From: Eledone cirrhosa
Taxonomy: Eukaryota
DNA length: 64,000 nt
Assembly (NCBI GenBank): GCA_964016885.1
Contig: OZ024753.1
Coordinates: 1-64,000 of the forward strand
Direction: 5' to 3'
Of the stretch, positions 28,370 through 41,334 are shown piece by piece. The notes beneath the pieces are model-generated. The model was not told the DNA's origin. It was given only the letters and a program-made list of their open reading frames with translations, and did not search any database. Position 1 is the stretch's first letter; each line of letters begins with the position of its first letter. The position numbers were made by a program, and so were the translations under genes.

Positions 28370-30005
28370 GAGTCACTTGGTGGTAGAACAATATGGTAGA
28401 TGAGGCAATTAAGGCTAAGAGACAGGCATGGAAAGAATGGAAAAACAGGTCACATTACATAGAGACCAGGAGCGAAGCTAGGCGACAAGTATACTTAGCT
28501 AGAAGGGAGGCAGAGGATAGGAAATTCAAGCATGTTTTGCAACACGAGGAACAGAAACAGTTGTTCCAGATTACGAGGCAGTGTTTCAGAGAGAATTGTG
28601 ATGTCATTGGACAAAAGTGTATCCAGAATGATAAAAGTCAGCTTGCACTCACAAGTGCTGAGAAGATGCGTGGAAGAGCCAGTATGAAATATTACTAAAT
28701 GAGGAGAATGTATGGGAAAAAGATACCATACCCAAAGTGAACCCTATAGAGGGGCTAGCAGAACAAGTCAGCAGCAATGTAGTATGGCAATCAAAGATAT
28801 GAAGACGGGGAAGGCAACCAGTCTATCAGGTATAGCTGCCGAGATGCTCAAGGCATCTGGGTCGGTAGATCAGACCATAACCACACGTATTGTTAACTAG
28901 GTAATACTAAAGGGCGTCGTACCAAACGATTCGTGCAGCAGCATCATGGTCAACTGATACAAAGGTAAAAGTGATGCACTAGATAGAGGAAACTAGAGGT
29001 ATAAAGCTGATGGACCAGGTCATGAAAGTAACAAAGAGTTGATTAGGAACAGGGTGAAACTACATGATATGCAATTGGGCTTTGTACCAGGAAAAGGCAC
29101 CATCCATGTCCTCACCTTTGTGAGGCAGTTACAGGAAAAGTACCTAGCTAAAAGTAAGCCGCTCTACCTGGCATTTGTCGAAATGGAAAAGGCCTTCGAC
29201 AGAGTCCACCATGCTATAATACGGTCGGCTCTTGGAAAATTAAAAGTAGATGAATGGCTTATGAGGGCTGTACAAGCCATGTATAAAGAAACAATCAGCA
29301 GTTATCAATGACTAGAGCGAGGAATTTAGCATGCAGGTCGGTGTACACCAGGGCTGTTCTTAGCCCTCTCCTTTTTATCATAGTCCTGCAGGCAATAACA
29401 AGAATTTAAAACCGGATGTCAGATTATAGTCTAGACCATTTTAATAGACAACTATGAAATGCCCTCCACAGCCAAGAACACTGGGCAGATCAGGTGGCCG
29501 TTACAAAAACTGCATATTGAGACAGGACCCTTTGCCAGAGGAGCTTCAGAGAGCAAAAAAAGATAAAGGAGGGCAAGGCCCATGGAGAAAATCGAGTGGC
29601 TACAGGTCATGTAGAGTTGTGATTTTCAGTTCTGGAGAAACGAGTTGCCCTGAACCAGTGGACGATCAGTAACTTCGTGCCACTGCCAAAGAAGGCAGAT
29701 CTCTCTAACACCAACTACAGGGGGACCTCACTTGTGGCAAAGACCCTCAACAGGGTGTGATTCTTAAGAGAATCCAGCCCTACATGGACAAAAAGCTCAA
29801 ACAACCACAACAGCTTCACAGATAAAGATCAACCAACGGTCACATCCTGATGAAGATATTTGAAGGAGCTAAAGCAAATTGCCTATAATTCTGACTATCG
29901 TCACTGCCTGATCAAGATTTTTGTGGAATACAAAAGTATCACTGCTCTACACGAACACTAAAGCCAAAGTCATTACACCCGAGTGCTCCAAGGAGCTACA
30001 CCCAT
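28370..30005 (+). mobile_element. Decayed RTE RT plus second LINE fragment (unit 2, ~0.8 kb internal deletion at ~29430)
   Basis: ORF 29039-29311 contains MQLGFVPGKGT..VRQLQEKYLAKSKPLYLAFVEMEKAFDRV, matching non-LTR RT subdomains 2-3. Confidence 0.85.
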
Positions 30006-30736
30006 TGTTCAGTGGCTAAATACAGTTAAAGAAAAATATAATTGCTTTTCTTTCTCAGAGTTAAGTCAGCGAAGGTAACGCACCACTAACAAAATCCCCT
30101 CCTACAAAAATGGTCAATAACCAATCCAGCAGATAAACGTAATTATATTAAGAAAAAAACTTCTTTTTAACAAAGGACAATTTTTACTGTTGAAGGCCTG
30201 TTTGTGGGCTTATGTAGGGTCGGGCATCTCAAATTCAGTATTTACGCAGAGTAATATAGATAAAAATACATCAACGACAAACACTATAGTCTCGCACTTT
30301 AAAGAATTCGCTTTTGCAATAAAACAGGGAATCAATAAACTATCCGATTCAATAATATTTTATATTATATTGGCATCTGCTTGGCAGCGAACTCAAACTG
30401 CTGGGCCTGCATTCTTCTCTCTCGTCTGTTATGCTTGTACTTCATTGATTTTCACTGCAACAATCACCAGACACTTAGCACTGACCGAGACAACCAGCCT
30501 TGACAATTGAGTTTTATCAAATAACTAAATTTCCTGCTAAGAGGGGAAACAACTCGTAATTTTATTAAAATATCCAAGAGTAAACTCCCTTTCCTAATTG
30601 AAATATGGCATAAACATTTGTAGACGTATAAACACAAAAACACTATACATAATAACATGTGTACGTGTATACATACATAGACATATACTATTTCAACGCT
30701 GGCAATCTAGCTAAACTTATAGCTACAACTAATAAT

Positions 30737-30922
30737 TGTTTCTACTTTTGGCACAAGGCCAGCAATTAACCAGTACATTACTGGTACTTTATTTTATCCA
30801 CCCCGTAAGGATGAAGGGCAAAGTTAACCTCGACGGGATTTGGACTCGGATCGTAAAGGGACGTAATTCTTTGCGTCAAAGCATGGCGTCCGACCCTCCA
30901 CCGATACTGCCAACCCACCGCC
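30737..30922 (-). mobile_element. tRNA-derived SINE with 17 bp TSD
   Basis: Box A/box B-like motifs on the minus strand. TSD tagctacaactaataat at 30720-30736 and 30923-30939. Absent from units 1 and 2. Confidence 0.9.
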
Positions 30923-31181
30923 TAGCTACAACTAATAATGTCAGTAAAAATAAAAATTAAGCTTTTTAATCAAAAGAGTCTTAGGAAATATATAAAATAT
31001 AACCGGTGGCAATGTAATCCATCTTAGCAATTAAATTAATTTTGTTGACAGACAAGTCCTTTGGTAGGGTACCATGATCTGTCATCTGGTGGTGCCTAAC
31101 CAAACTAGGTGTTGGGGAATGTCTTGTGAGGGCAGTGCAGGCTTTGTACAGAGGTGCTGTCAGTAACAGATGCGTTTAAAA

Positions 31182-31215
31182 CTGCTATAAGAACCAGATC
31201 GTCATGGACAGCCAG
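31182..31215. other. 34 bp in-place inversion (unit 3)
   Basis: Reverse complement of 27027-27060 with one mismatch, followed by a deletion of just over 100 bp. Confidence 0.9.
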
Positions 31216-31698
31216 ATAAATTCTATAAAATATACGCAATGCACCACATCTGGGGTACTCAACATATGTAGTGGGATAGCAAGCAAACAGGTAGTTAAAA
31301 CTACCTGTACAGAGAAATTTCACAGTAGAAGTACCAGTGATAGAAACAGTTTTCAAATGAAGGTGGGTTCTATACAAGTGGTTCGTACCTTCCGCTACAT
31401 AGATGAGCAGATTAGAAAGAGAGGAGTCTACTACGAGGCCACAGTATCTACAATAAAGATGAGTTGGAAGAAGTGAGACATGGCCAGCAATTCCAGAGAA
31501 TATGCCAAGGCTGGCAAAGAAATGAAGGAAGCATGCTCCGTTAGATGTTCGTCAACCATCGAGCAGAGATGAGTTGAGAGAGAAAATGGGTATGAGTTGT
31601 GGAGTGCTGGAGAGAAGAATAAGATGGTTTGCTGGGGAAACATGTGCCAAGAAATGCCAGTAGAAGGAAGACGCAGTAAAGGAAGACTAGGAAAAACA

Positions 31699-31734
31699 TA
31701 GCGATTTGAGGTCTGCTCTCACCACCCCCGTCTA
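31699..31734. other. 36 bp in-place inversion (unit 3)
   Basis: Reverse complement of 22533-22568 (two mismatches) and of the unit 2 equivalent, with collinear flanks. Confidence 0.93.
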
Positions 31735-32494
31735 ACGATCACCAACGTGGTGACCAACGACCAGTATAAGCCGAGAGAGGCGGTGCCCAATAGTACATGT
31801 CCCACACTTGAAAGCGAACATATGATGATGATGACTGTGCAAATGTTTCCTTATTTCTGCATAAAAAGTAATATACATAAACAAAGTAGATCATCTTCAA
31901 CAAACACTATATTGTCTTTAGCTTTCAACAATACCATTTCGCAATAAAATATGAAATAAGAACAAACTGATTCTCTAATATTTAATAATATATTGGCATC
32001 TGCTTCGCTGCTTAACTCCGACTGCTGGGCCTGCATTCTTGTCTCGTCTGTTATGCTTGCACTTCGTTGCTTTTCACAGGAACAATCAACAACTACTCTT
32101 TCTAACTCTTAAAACCTTGCTCTAGCTTCAAATGTTCACTCTCGGGGATGTCTTTCCTACGGACTGCATTCTTCACTCTTTTCGACACATCTTTCCAGTT
32201 TCTTCACATCGGGTCAAATCTTCAATCTTCAATCTGCACAATTTCCACTTCTTTTCACATCTAGGTCTTTCTATTCTATACATCAGTTAGTCTTAGTTTC
32301 AAGTTCTTATATTGTAAAATAATATCTTTCAACATGGGAGACAATATAGCACTTGTTGCTGAAGATAGACTTATCTATATTATTCTCTCTCCAGCTACCA
32401 GTTAACATATCCATGCATAAGATTTGCCTGTGTGTCGTTATGTGTGGATATTTGAGAAAAAGATGATAAAAAGATATATACATGGATGAGGAGA

Positions 32495-34715
32495 GTAACT
32501 TGGTGGTAGAACAATATGGTAGATGAGGCAGTTAAGGCTAAGAGACAGGCATGGAAAGAATGGAAAAACAGGGCACATTACAGAGAGACCAGGAGCAAAG
32601 CTAGGCGACAAGTATACTTAGCTAGAAGGAAGGTAGAGGATAGGAATTTCAAGCATGTTTTGCAACACGAGGAAAAGAAACAGGTGTTCCAGAGTGAATT
32701 GTGATGTCATTGGACAAAAGTGTATCCAGAATGATAAAGGTCAGCTTGCACTCACAAGTGCTGAGAAGATGCGTGGAAGAGCCAGTATGAAAGATTACTA
32801 AATGAGGAGAATGTATGGGAAAAAGATACCATACCCAAAGTGAACCCTATAGAGGGGCTAGCAGAACAAGTCAGCAGCAATGTAGTATGGCAATCATAGA
32901 TATGAAGACGGGGAAGGCAACCGGTCCATCGGGTATAGCTGCCGAGATGCTCAAGGCATCTGGGTCGGTAGATCAGACCATAACCACACGTATTGTTAAC
33001 TAGATAATACTAAAGGGCGTCGTACCAAACGATTCGTGCAGCAGCATCATGGTCAACTGATACAAAGGTAAAGGTGATGCACTAGATAGAGGAAACTATA
33101 GAGGTATAAAGCTGATGGACCAGGTCATGAAAGTAACAGAGTTAGAGCACAGTTGATTAGGAACACGGTGAAACTATATGATATGCAATTGTGCTTTGTA
33201 CCAGGAAAAGGCACCACTCATGTCCTCACTTTTGTGACGCAGTTACAGGAAAAGTACCTAGCTAAAAGTAAGCAACTCTACCTGGCATTTGTCGAAATGG
33301 AAAAGGCCTTCGACAGAGTCCACCATGCTATAATCTGGTGAGCTCTTAGAAAATTTGAAGTAGATGAATAGCTTATGAGGGCTGTACCAAGCCATGTATA
33401 AAGAAACAATCAGCAAAGTTAGGGTTATCAATGACTAGAGCGAGTAATTTAGCATGCAGGTCCGTGTCCTGCCAGTGCAAACTTGATGGCAACCAACCTA
33501 ACGTTAAGGGAGAATCCAGAAAAGATGTGGACCAAGACCTAGATTGATTTCTTTCTGGTGAGGAAAAAGCAGCGCAATAGTGTTCTCAACACAGAAACAT
33601 ACAACTATTTCAGTACACTGTGACAGTGGACACATGCTTGTTATGAGTGAGGTCCGAGTGAGCTTAAGAAAGAGCAAGGCTACACCAACAGTATAATCTA
33701 TGACTGGGGAACGTTCAAGGAACATAAGCTACAGAAGAGGTTCACAGGAGAAGTGAGCAACAGGTTCAGTGCTCTGTGTGGAGAGTTTAACAAAGAGGTA
33801 CGGCTACTTGAACAATGCAGTAGCAGAAGCAAGTGAGACACTGATGCTGAGGAGAAAGAAGAGGAAGCATGTCAGTTCTGCAGACACAAAGGTGTGTGCA
33901 GCCTGCCAAGGACCAATTCTGTGCTGATCCTATGGAGAGGATGGACACAGTGGAGGTGATGAGGGAAGCACTCTGTACCGCTTACACTGACGCCAGAGAG
34001 GAGGCACTAAAGTGTTAAGAGAACGGTTGACAGTTGGATGATCAACGAGATCACATGGAGGAAAGGTCAGATCAAGGAAACAGATCCAGAAGATAGGAAA
34101 AAGGAAATGGCTGAACCATTTTAGAACACAACTATGAGATGCCCTCCACAGACAAGAACACTGGGCAGATCAGGTGGCTGTTACAATAACTGGATATTGA
34201 GACAGGACCCTTTGCCAGAGAGGAGCTTCAGAAAGCAAAAAAAGAAGATAAAGGAGGGCAAGGCCCATGGAGAAAATCGAGTGGCATCAGGTCATGTAGA
34301 GTTGTGATTTTCATATCTTGGAGATCTGTAAAAAGGGACTGGAGAAACGAGTTGCCCTGAACAAGTGGACGATCAATAACTTCGTGCCACTGCCAAAGAA
34401 GGCAGATCTCTCTAACAGAAACAACTACAGGGGGACCTCACTTGTGGCAAAGACCCTCAACAGGATGATTCTAAAGAGAATCCAGCCCTGCATGGACAAA
34501 AAGCTCAAACAACCAGAACAGCTTCACAGATAGAGATCAACCAACGGTCACATCCTGATGCTGAAGAAGATATTTGAGGGAGCTAAAGCAAATTGCCTAT
34601 AATTCTGACTATCGTCACTGCCTGATCTAGATTTTTGTGGAATACAAAAGTATCACTGCTCTACACGAACACTAAAGCCAAAGTCATTACACCCGAGTGC
34701 TCCAAGGAGCTACAC
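32495..34715 (+). mobile_element. Decayed RTE RT plus second LINE fragment (unit 3)
   Basis: ORFs 33153-33341 and 34318-34533 (FVPLPKKADLSNRNNYRGTSL..NRMILKRI) are non-LTR RT motifs. Confidence 0.85.
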
Positions 34716-35802
34716 CCATTGTTCAGTGGCTAAATACAGTTAAAGAAAAATATAATTGCTTTTCTTTCTCAGAGTTAAGTCAGCGAAGGTAACGCACCAC
34801 TAACAAAATCCCCTCTCCTACTAAAATGGTCAATGACCAATCCAGCAGATAAACAATTATATTAAGAAAAAAAAATTTCTTTTTAAACAAAGGACAATTA
34901 AATATTTACTGTTGAATGTCTGTTTGTGGGCTTATGTAGGGTCGGGCATCTCATAAATTTTTCCGTATTTACGCAGAGTAATATAGATAAAAATACATCA
35001 ACGACAAACACTATATTGTCTCGCACTTTAAAGGATTCGCTTTTGCAATAAAACAGGGAATCAATAAACTATCTGATTCCATTAATATTTTATATTATAT
35101 TGGCATCTCCTTGGCAGCTAACTCGAACTGCTGGGCCTGCATGCTTCTCTCATCTGTTATGCTTGCACTTCATTGATTTTCACTGGAACAATCCGCAACT
35201 ACTCTTTCTGTTTATTCTCGGGGATGTCTTTTCTAACCAATGCATTCTTCATTACATCATGCAAATTTTCCACAGCTTCTTTCACATAGGTCAAATTTTC
35301 AATCTTAATTCGGCACAATTTCAACATCTTTTGCCTGCATCACACTGTATTCAGTGAATTAGTTTTTCTTCGTTTCCTATTCTTGTATTGCAAAAACATA
35401 TCCATAAAAGTGCGAGATAATATAGCGAGTGTTCATAGATTTTGCTTATCTACATTATAATCACTCGACAGCTCCTTGGCAACATATCCATGCGTGTACT
35501 TGTATATCGTAATTTCGATGTCTAGTCTTCAACAGACGCTTACCACTGACCGAGACAACCAGCCTTGAATATTGAGTTTTATCAAACAACTAAATTTCCT
35601 GCTAAGAGGGGAAACAACTCGTAATTTTATTAAAATATCCAAGAGTAAAACTCCCTTTGCTAATTGAAATATGGCATAAACATTTGTAGACGTATAAACA
35701 CAAAAACACTATACATAATAACATGTGTACGTGTATACATACATAGACATATACTATTTCAACGCTGGCAATCTAGCTAAACTTATAGCTACAACTAATA
35801 AT

Positions 35803-35988
35803 TGTTTCTACTTTTGGCACAAGGCCGGCAATAACCTAGTACATTACTGGTACTTTATTTTATCCACCCCGTAAGGATGAAAGGCAAAGTTAACCTCGGC
35901 GGGATTTGAACTCAGATCGTAAAGGGACGTAACTCTTTAAGTCAAAGCATGGCGTCCGACCCTCCACCGATACTGCCAACCCACCGCC
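35803..35988 (-). mobile_element. tRNA-derived SINE (same insertion as 30737, duplicated with the unit)
   Basis: Same site and same TSD tagctacaactaataat. Confidence 0.9.
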
Positions 35989-36144
35989 TAGCTACAACTA
36001 ATAATGTCAGTAAAAGCTTTTTAATCAAACGAGTCTTAGGAAATATATAAAATATAACCGGTGGCAATGTAATCCATCTTAGCAATTAATTTTGTTGACA
36101 GACAACTCCTTTGGTAGGGTACCATGATCTGTCATCTGGTGGTG

Positions 36145-36940
36145 CCTAACCAAACTAGGTGTTGGGGAATGTCTTGTGAGGGCAGTGCAGGCTTTGTACA
36201 GAGGTGCTGTCAGTAACAGATGCGTTTAAAACTAGCTGTCCATGACGATCTGGTTCTTATAGCAGAATCAGTAAAGAAGCTAAAGAAGAAATGCTGTCTA
36301 TGGAAACAGTAGTTGGAAGCAAGAGGACAGAATAAAAACATAGAAAAGAGGACATGCTCCCTATGTTGAAAAGGAGTTGGGATAAATTCTATAAAATATA
36401 CACAATGCACATCTGGGGTACTCAACATATGTAGTGGGATAGCACGCAAACAGGTAGTGAAAACTACATGTACAGAGAAATTTCACAGTAGAAGTGACAG
36501 TGATAGAAACAGTTTTCAAATGAAGGTGGGTTCTATACAGATGAGCAGATTAGAAAGAGAGGAGGCTACTACGAGGCCATAATATCTACAATAAGGATGG
36601 GTTGGAAGAAGTGAGACATGGCCAGCAATTGCAGAGAATATGCCAAGGCTGGCAAAGAAATGAAGGAAGCATGCTCCGACGACCGAGCAGAGATGAGTTG
36701 AGAGAGAAAATGGGTATGAGTTATGTGCAGGAGAGAAGAATAAGATGGTTTGCTGGGTAAACATGTGCCAAGTAATTCCAGTAGAAGGAAGACTAAGAAA
36801 AACAGACGGGTGGTGAAAGCAGACCTCAAATCGCTAACGATCACCAACGAGGTGACCAACGACCGGTATAAGTGGAGAGGCGGTGCTCAATAGTACATGT
36901 CCCACACTTGAAAGCGAACGTATGATTATGAAGATGACTG
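36145..36940 (+). mobile_element. Decayed RTE 3' part (unit 4)
   Basis: Very similar to the unit 2 copy. Confidence 0.8.
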
Positions 36941-37574
36941 CAAATGTTTCCTTATTTCTGCATAGAAAGTATACATCATCTTCAACAAACGCTATATTGT
37001 CTTTAGCTTTCAACAATACCATTTCGCAATAAAACATGAAATAAGAACAAACTGATTCTCTAATATTTAATATTATATTGGCATCTGCTTCGCTGCTTAT
37101 CTCCGACTGCTGGGTCTGCATTCTTGTCTCGTCTGTTATGCTTGCACTTCATTGCTTTTCACAGGAACAATCAACAACTACTCTTTCTAACTCTTAAAAC
37201 CTTGCTCTAGCTTCAAATGTTCACTCTCGGGGGTGTCTTTCCTACGGACTGCATTCTTCACTCTTTTCGAAACATCTTTCCAGTTTCTTCACATCGGTCA
37301 AATCTTCAATCTTCAATCTGCACAATTTCCACTTCTTTTCACATCTAGGTCTTTCTATTCTATACATCAGTTAGTCTTAGTTTCAAGTTCTTATATTGTA
37401 AAATAATATCTTTCAACATGGGAGACAATATAGCACTTGTTGCTGAAGATAGATTTTTATCATCTATATTATTCTCACTCTCCAGCTACCAGTTAACATA
37501 TCCATGCATAATATTTGCATGTGTGTATATTTGAGAAAAGGATAATGATAAAAAGATATATACATGGATTAGGA

Positions 37575-40010
37575 GAGTCACTTGGTGGTAGAACAATATG
37601 GTAGATGAGGCAATTAAGGCTAAGAGACAGGCATGGAAAGAATGGAAAAACAGGGCACATTACATAGAGACCAGGAGCGAAGCTAGGCGACAAGTATACT
37701 TAGCTAGAAGGGAGGTAGAGGATAGGAATTTCAAGCATCTTTTGCAACACGAGGAACAGAAACAGGTGTTCGAGATTACGAGGCAGTGTGTCAGAGAGAA
37801 TTGTGATGTCATTGGACAAAAGTGTATCCAGAATGATAAAGGTCAGATTGCACTCACAATTTCTGAGGAGATGCATGGAAGAGCCAGTATGAAAGATTAC
37901 TAAATGAGGAGAATGTATGGGAAAAAGATACCATACCCAAAGTGAACCCTATAGAGGGGCTAGCAGAACAAGTCAGCAGCAATGTAGTATGGCAATCATA
38001 GATATGAAGACGGGGAAGGCAACCGGTCCATCGGGTATAGTTGCCGAGATGCTCAAGGCATCTGGGTCAGTAGATCAGACCATAACCACAAGTAATGTTA
38101 ACTAGATAATACTAAACGATTCGTGCAGCAGCATCATGGTCAACTGATACAAAGGTAAAGGTGATGCACTAGATAGAGGAAACTAGAGAGGTATAAAGCT
38201 GATGGACCAGATCATGAAAGTAACGTAAAGAGTTATAGCACAGTTGATTAGTACCTAGCTAAAAGTAAGCCACTCTACCTGGCATTTGTCGAAATGGAAA
38301 AAGCCTTCGACAGAGTCCACCATGCTATAATACGGTCGGCTCTTGGAAAATTAAAAGTAGATGAATGGCTTATGAGGGCTGTACAAGCCATGTATAAAGA
38401 AACAATCAGCAAAGTTAGGGTTATCAATGATTAGAGCGAGGAATTTAGCATGCAGGTCCGTGTACACCAGGGCTGTTCTTAGCCCTCTCCTTTTTATCAT
38501 AGTCCTGCAGGCAATAACAGGAATTTAAAACCGGATATCAGCTTATAGTTCTACCAAGGGAGACAGTGATGTGAATGCAGAGGAATTTCATGAGATCTGT
38601 AGAGCTGTCAACACCACACAAGCTCAAAACATCATTCTTCTGAGGGACTTCTATGCACATCTGAGTAAGGAGAGCAGTGAAGATCCGCGCTGGTAATTCC
38701 CTAACACCAACCGAAATGGAAGACTACCGACAGACGCCATGCTGGATGCAAACTTGATGGCAACCAACCTAACGTTAAGGAAGAATCCAGAAAAGATGTG
38801 GACCAAGACCTAGATTGATTTCTTTCTGGTGAGGAAAAAGCAGCGCAATAGTGTTCTCAACACAGAACCATACAACTATTTCAGTACACTGGGACAGTGG
38901 ACACATGCTTGTTATGAGTGAGGTCCGAGTGAGCTTAAGAAAGAGCAAGGCTACACCAACAGTATAATCTATGACTGGGGAACTTTCAATGAACATAAGC
39001 TACAGAAGAGGTTCACAGGAGAAGTGAGCAACAGGTTCAGTGCTCTTTGTAGAGAGTTTGACAAAGAGGTAAGGCTACTTGAACAATGCAGTAGCAGAAG
39101 CAAGTGAGACACTGATGCTGAGGAGAAAGAAGAAGAAGCATGTCAGTTCTGCAGACCCAAAGGTGTGTGCAGCCTGCCAAGGACCAATTCTGTGCTGATC
39201 CTATGGAGAGGATGGACACAGTGGAGGTGATGAGGGAAGCACTCTGTACCGCTTACACTGACGCCAGAGAGGAGGCACTAAAAGTGTTAAGAGAACGGTT
39301 GACAGTTGGATGATCAACGAGATCACATGGAGGAAAGGTCAGATCAAGGAAACAGATCCAGAGGATAGGAAAAAGGAAGTGGCTGGACCATTTTAGAACA
39401 CAACTATGAGATGCCCTCCACAGCCAAGAACACTGGGCAGATCAGGTGGCTGTTACAAAAACTGAATATTGAGACAGGACCCTTTGCCAGAGAGCTTCAG
39501 AGAGCAAAAAAAGAAGATAAAGGAGGGCAAGGCCCATGGAGAAAATCGAGTGGCATCAGGTCATGTAGAGTTGTGATTTTCATAGCTTGCAGTTCTGTAA
39601 AAAGGGACTGGAGAAACGAGTTTCCCTGAACCAGTGGACGATCAGTAACTTCGTGCCACTGCCAAAGAAGGCAGATCTCTTTAACAGCAACAACTACAGG
39701 GAGACCTCACTTGTGGCAAAGAACCTCAACAGGATGATTCTTAAGAGAATCCAGCCCTACATGGACAAAAAGCTCAAACAACCAGAACAGCTTCAGAGAT
39801 AAAGATCAACCAACGGTCACATCCTGATGCTGAGGAAGATATTTGAGGGAGCTAAAGCAAATTGCCTATAATTCTGACTATCGTCACTGCCTGATCAAGA
39901 TTTTTGTGGAATACAAAAGTATCACTGCTCTACACGAACACTAAAGCCAAAGTCATTACACCCGATGGTTCTTCGAATTATTGGTTGGAGTGCTCCAAGG
40001 AGCTACACCC
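37575..40010 (+). mobile_element. Decayed RTE RT plus second LINE fragment (unit 4)
   Basis: Same RT and endonuclease remnants as unit 1, and shares unit 1's RT deletion (gttgatt|agtacctagc). Confidence 0.85.
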
Positions 40011-41334
40011 ATTCTTCAGTGGCTAAATACAGTCAAAGAAAAATATAATTGCTTTTCTTTCTCAGAGAGTTAAGTCAGCGAAGGTAACACACCACTAACA
40101 AAATCCCCTCTCCTACTAAAATGGTCAATGACCAATCCAGCAGATAAACAATTATATTAAGAAAAAAAATTTCTTTTTAAACAAAGGCCAATTACATATT
40201 TACTGTTGAAGGCCTGTTTGCGGGCTTATGTAGAGTAATATAGATATAAATACATCAACGACAAACACTATATTGTTTCGCACTTTAAAGGATTCGCTTT
40301 TGCAATAAAACGGAATCGACATTATCCGATTCCCTAATATTTCATATTATATTGGCATCTGCTTGGCAGCGAACTCCAACTGCTGGGCCTGCATTCTTCT
40401 CTCTTGTCCGTTATGCTTGTACTTCATTGATTTTCACTGCAACAATCACCAACTACTCTTTCTATGTTTATTCTCGGGGATGTCTTTTCTACCCACTGCA
40501 TTCTTCACTACATCATGCCAACTTTCTACAGCTGCTTCACATCGGTCACATCTACGATCTTAATTCTGAACAATTACCATAAATATATATTTTGTCTGCA
40601 TCAATCAGTTTGTCTTCGTTTCCTATTCTTATATTGCAAAAGCGTATAAAAAAAAAAATATAGCGTTTCCTCAAGATAACCGTAACTATATTACTTTCAC
40701 TCTCCAGCTTCCTGGTAACATAACCATATATTAAGTTTTAATGCATGTGCCTACTTGTATACCGTAATTTCTGTCTATATTTATGAGGAAAAAGGTTAGA
40801 TATTGACAAGATGATATAAATATATATAGCTATTCAGTTTTATATATACCCCCCCCCCCACACACACACACAACCACAAACTAAAACTAAACCCAAATAA
40901 TTCATCTAGAAATTAATGAACCCCGTCGTATCTGCTTCGAAATGATATTCAAACAAATAGAAACTAAAACTTACTATATCACTAACGTGCTGCATTAAAT
41001 AGACATGAAAAAACACCCGTCTCAATTTTACGATGAAAACCGATATAATAAATTAAGCCTAAGCTTAATTAGTAAAGTAGTCTTCAGCAGAAACAGACAA
41101 GGCATAAATTCAATGACAGTTTTATCAAACAACAAAATTTCTGGCTAAAACGGAAAATAAAATATTTTTATTAAAATATACTACAGTAATTTCCCTTTGC
41201 TAATTAGAATGTTGCATAAACAGATTTCTACGGTGATATAAACACAAACCCGATACACACCAACATATATTATTATATTGTATTTATATATTATATATAT
41301 ATACATGTGTATATAGTAGACATTTATTACAAAT

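Larger units (their letters stand above)
31095..31835 (+). mobile_element. Decayed RTE 3' part (unit 3)
   Basis: Copy of 21850-22670 carrying two micro-inversions. Confidence 0.8.
20800..40760. repeat. Subtelomeric tandem array: four composite units (~5.1, 4.3, 4.7, 5.3 kb) plus a partial fifth
   Basis: The marker aaacactata recurs at ~20837, 25943, 30279, 35006 and 40263. Module order is the same in each unit, and near-identical short ORFs recur (e.g. MGKRYHTQSEP at 23596, 28712, 32815, 37917). Confidence 0.95.

Noticed and set aside
17921-40760. Telomere-maintaining retrotransposon array (HeT-A/TART or TRAS/SART-like)
   Set aside because: No element is inserted in the telomeric repeats, all LINE pieces are dead and were co-duplicated as DNA, and a long canonical telomere is present.
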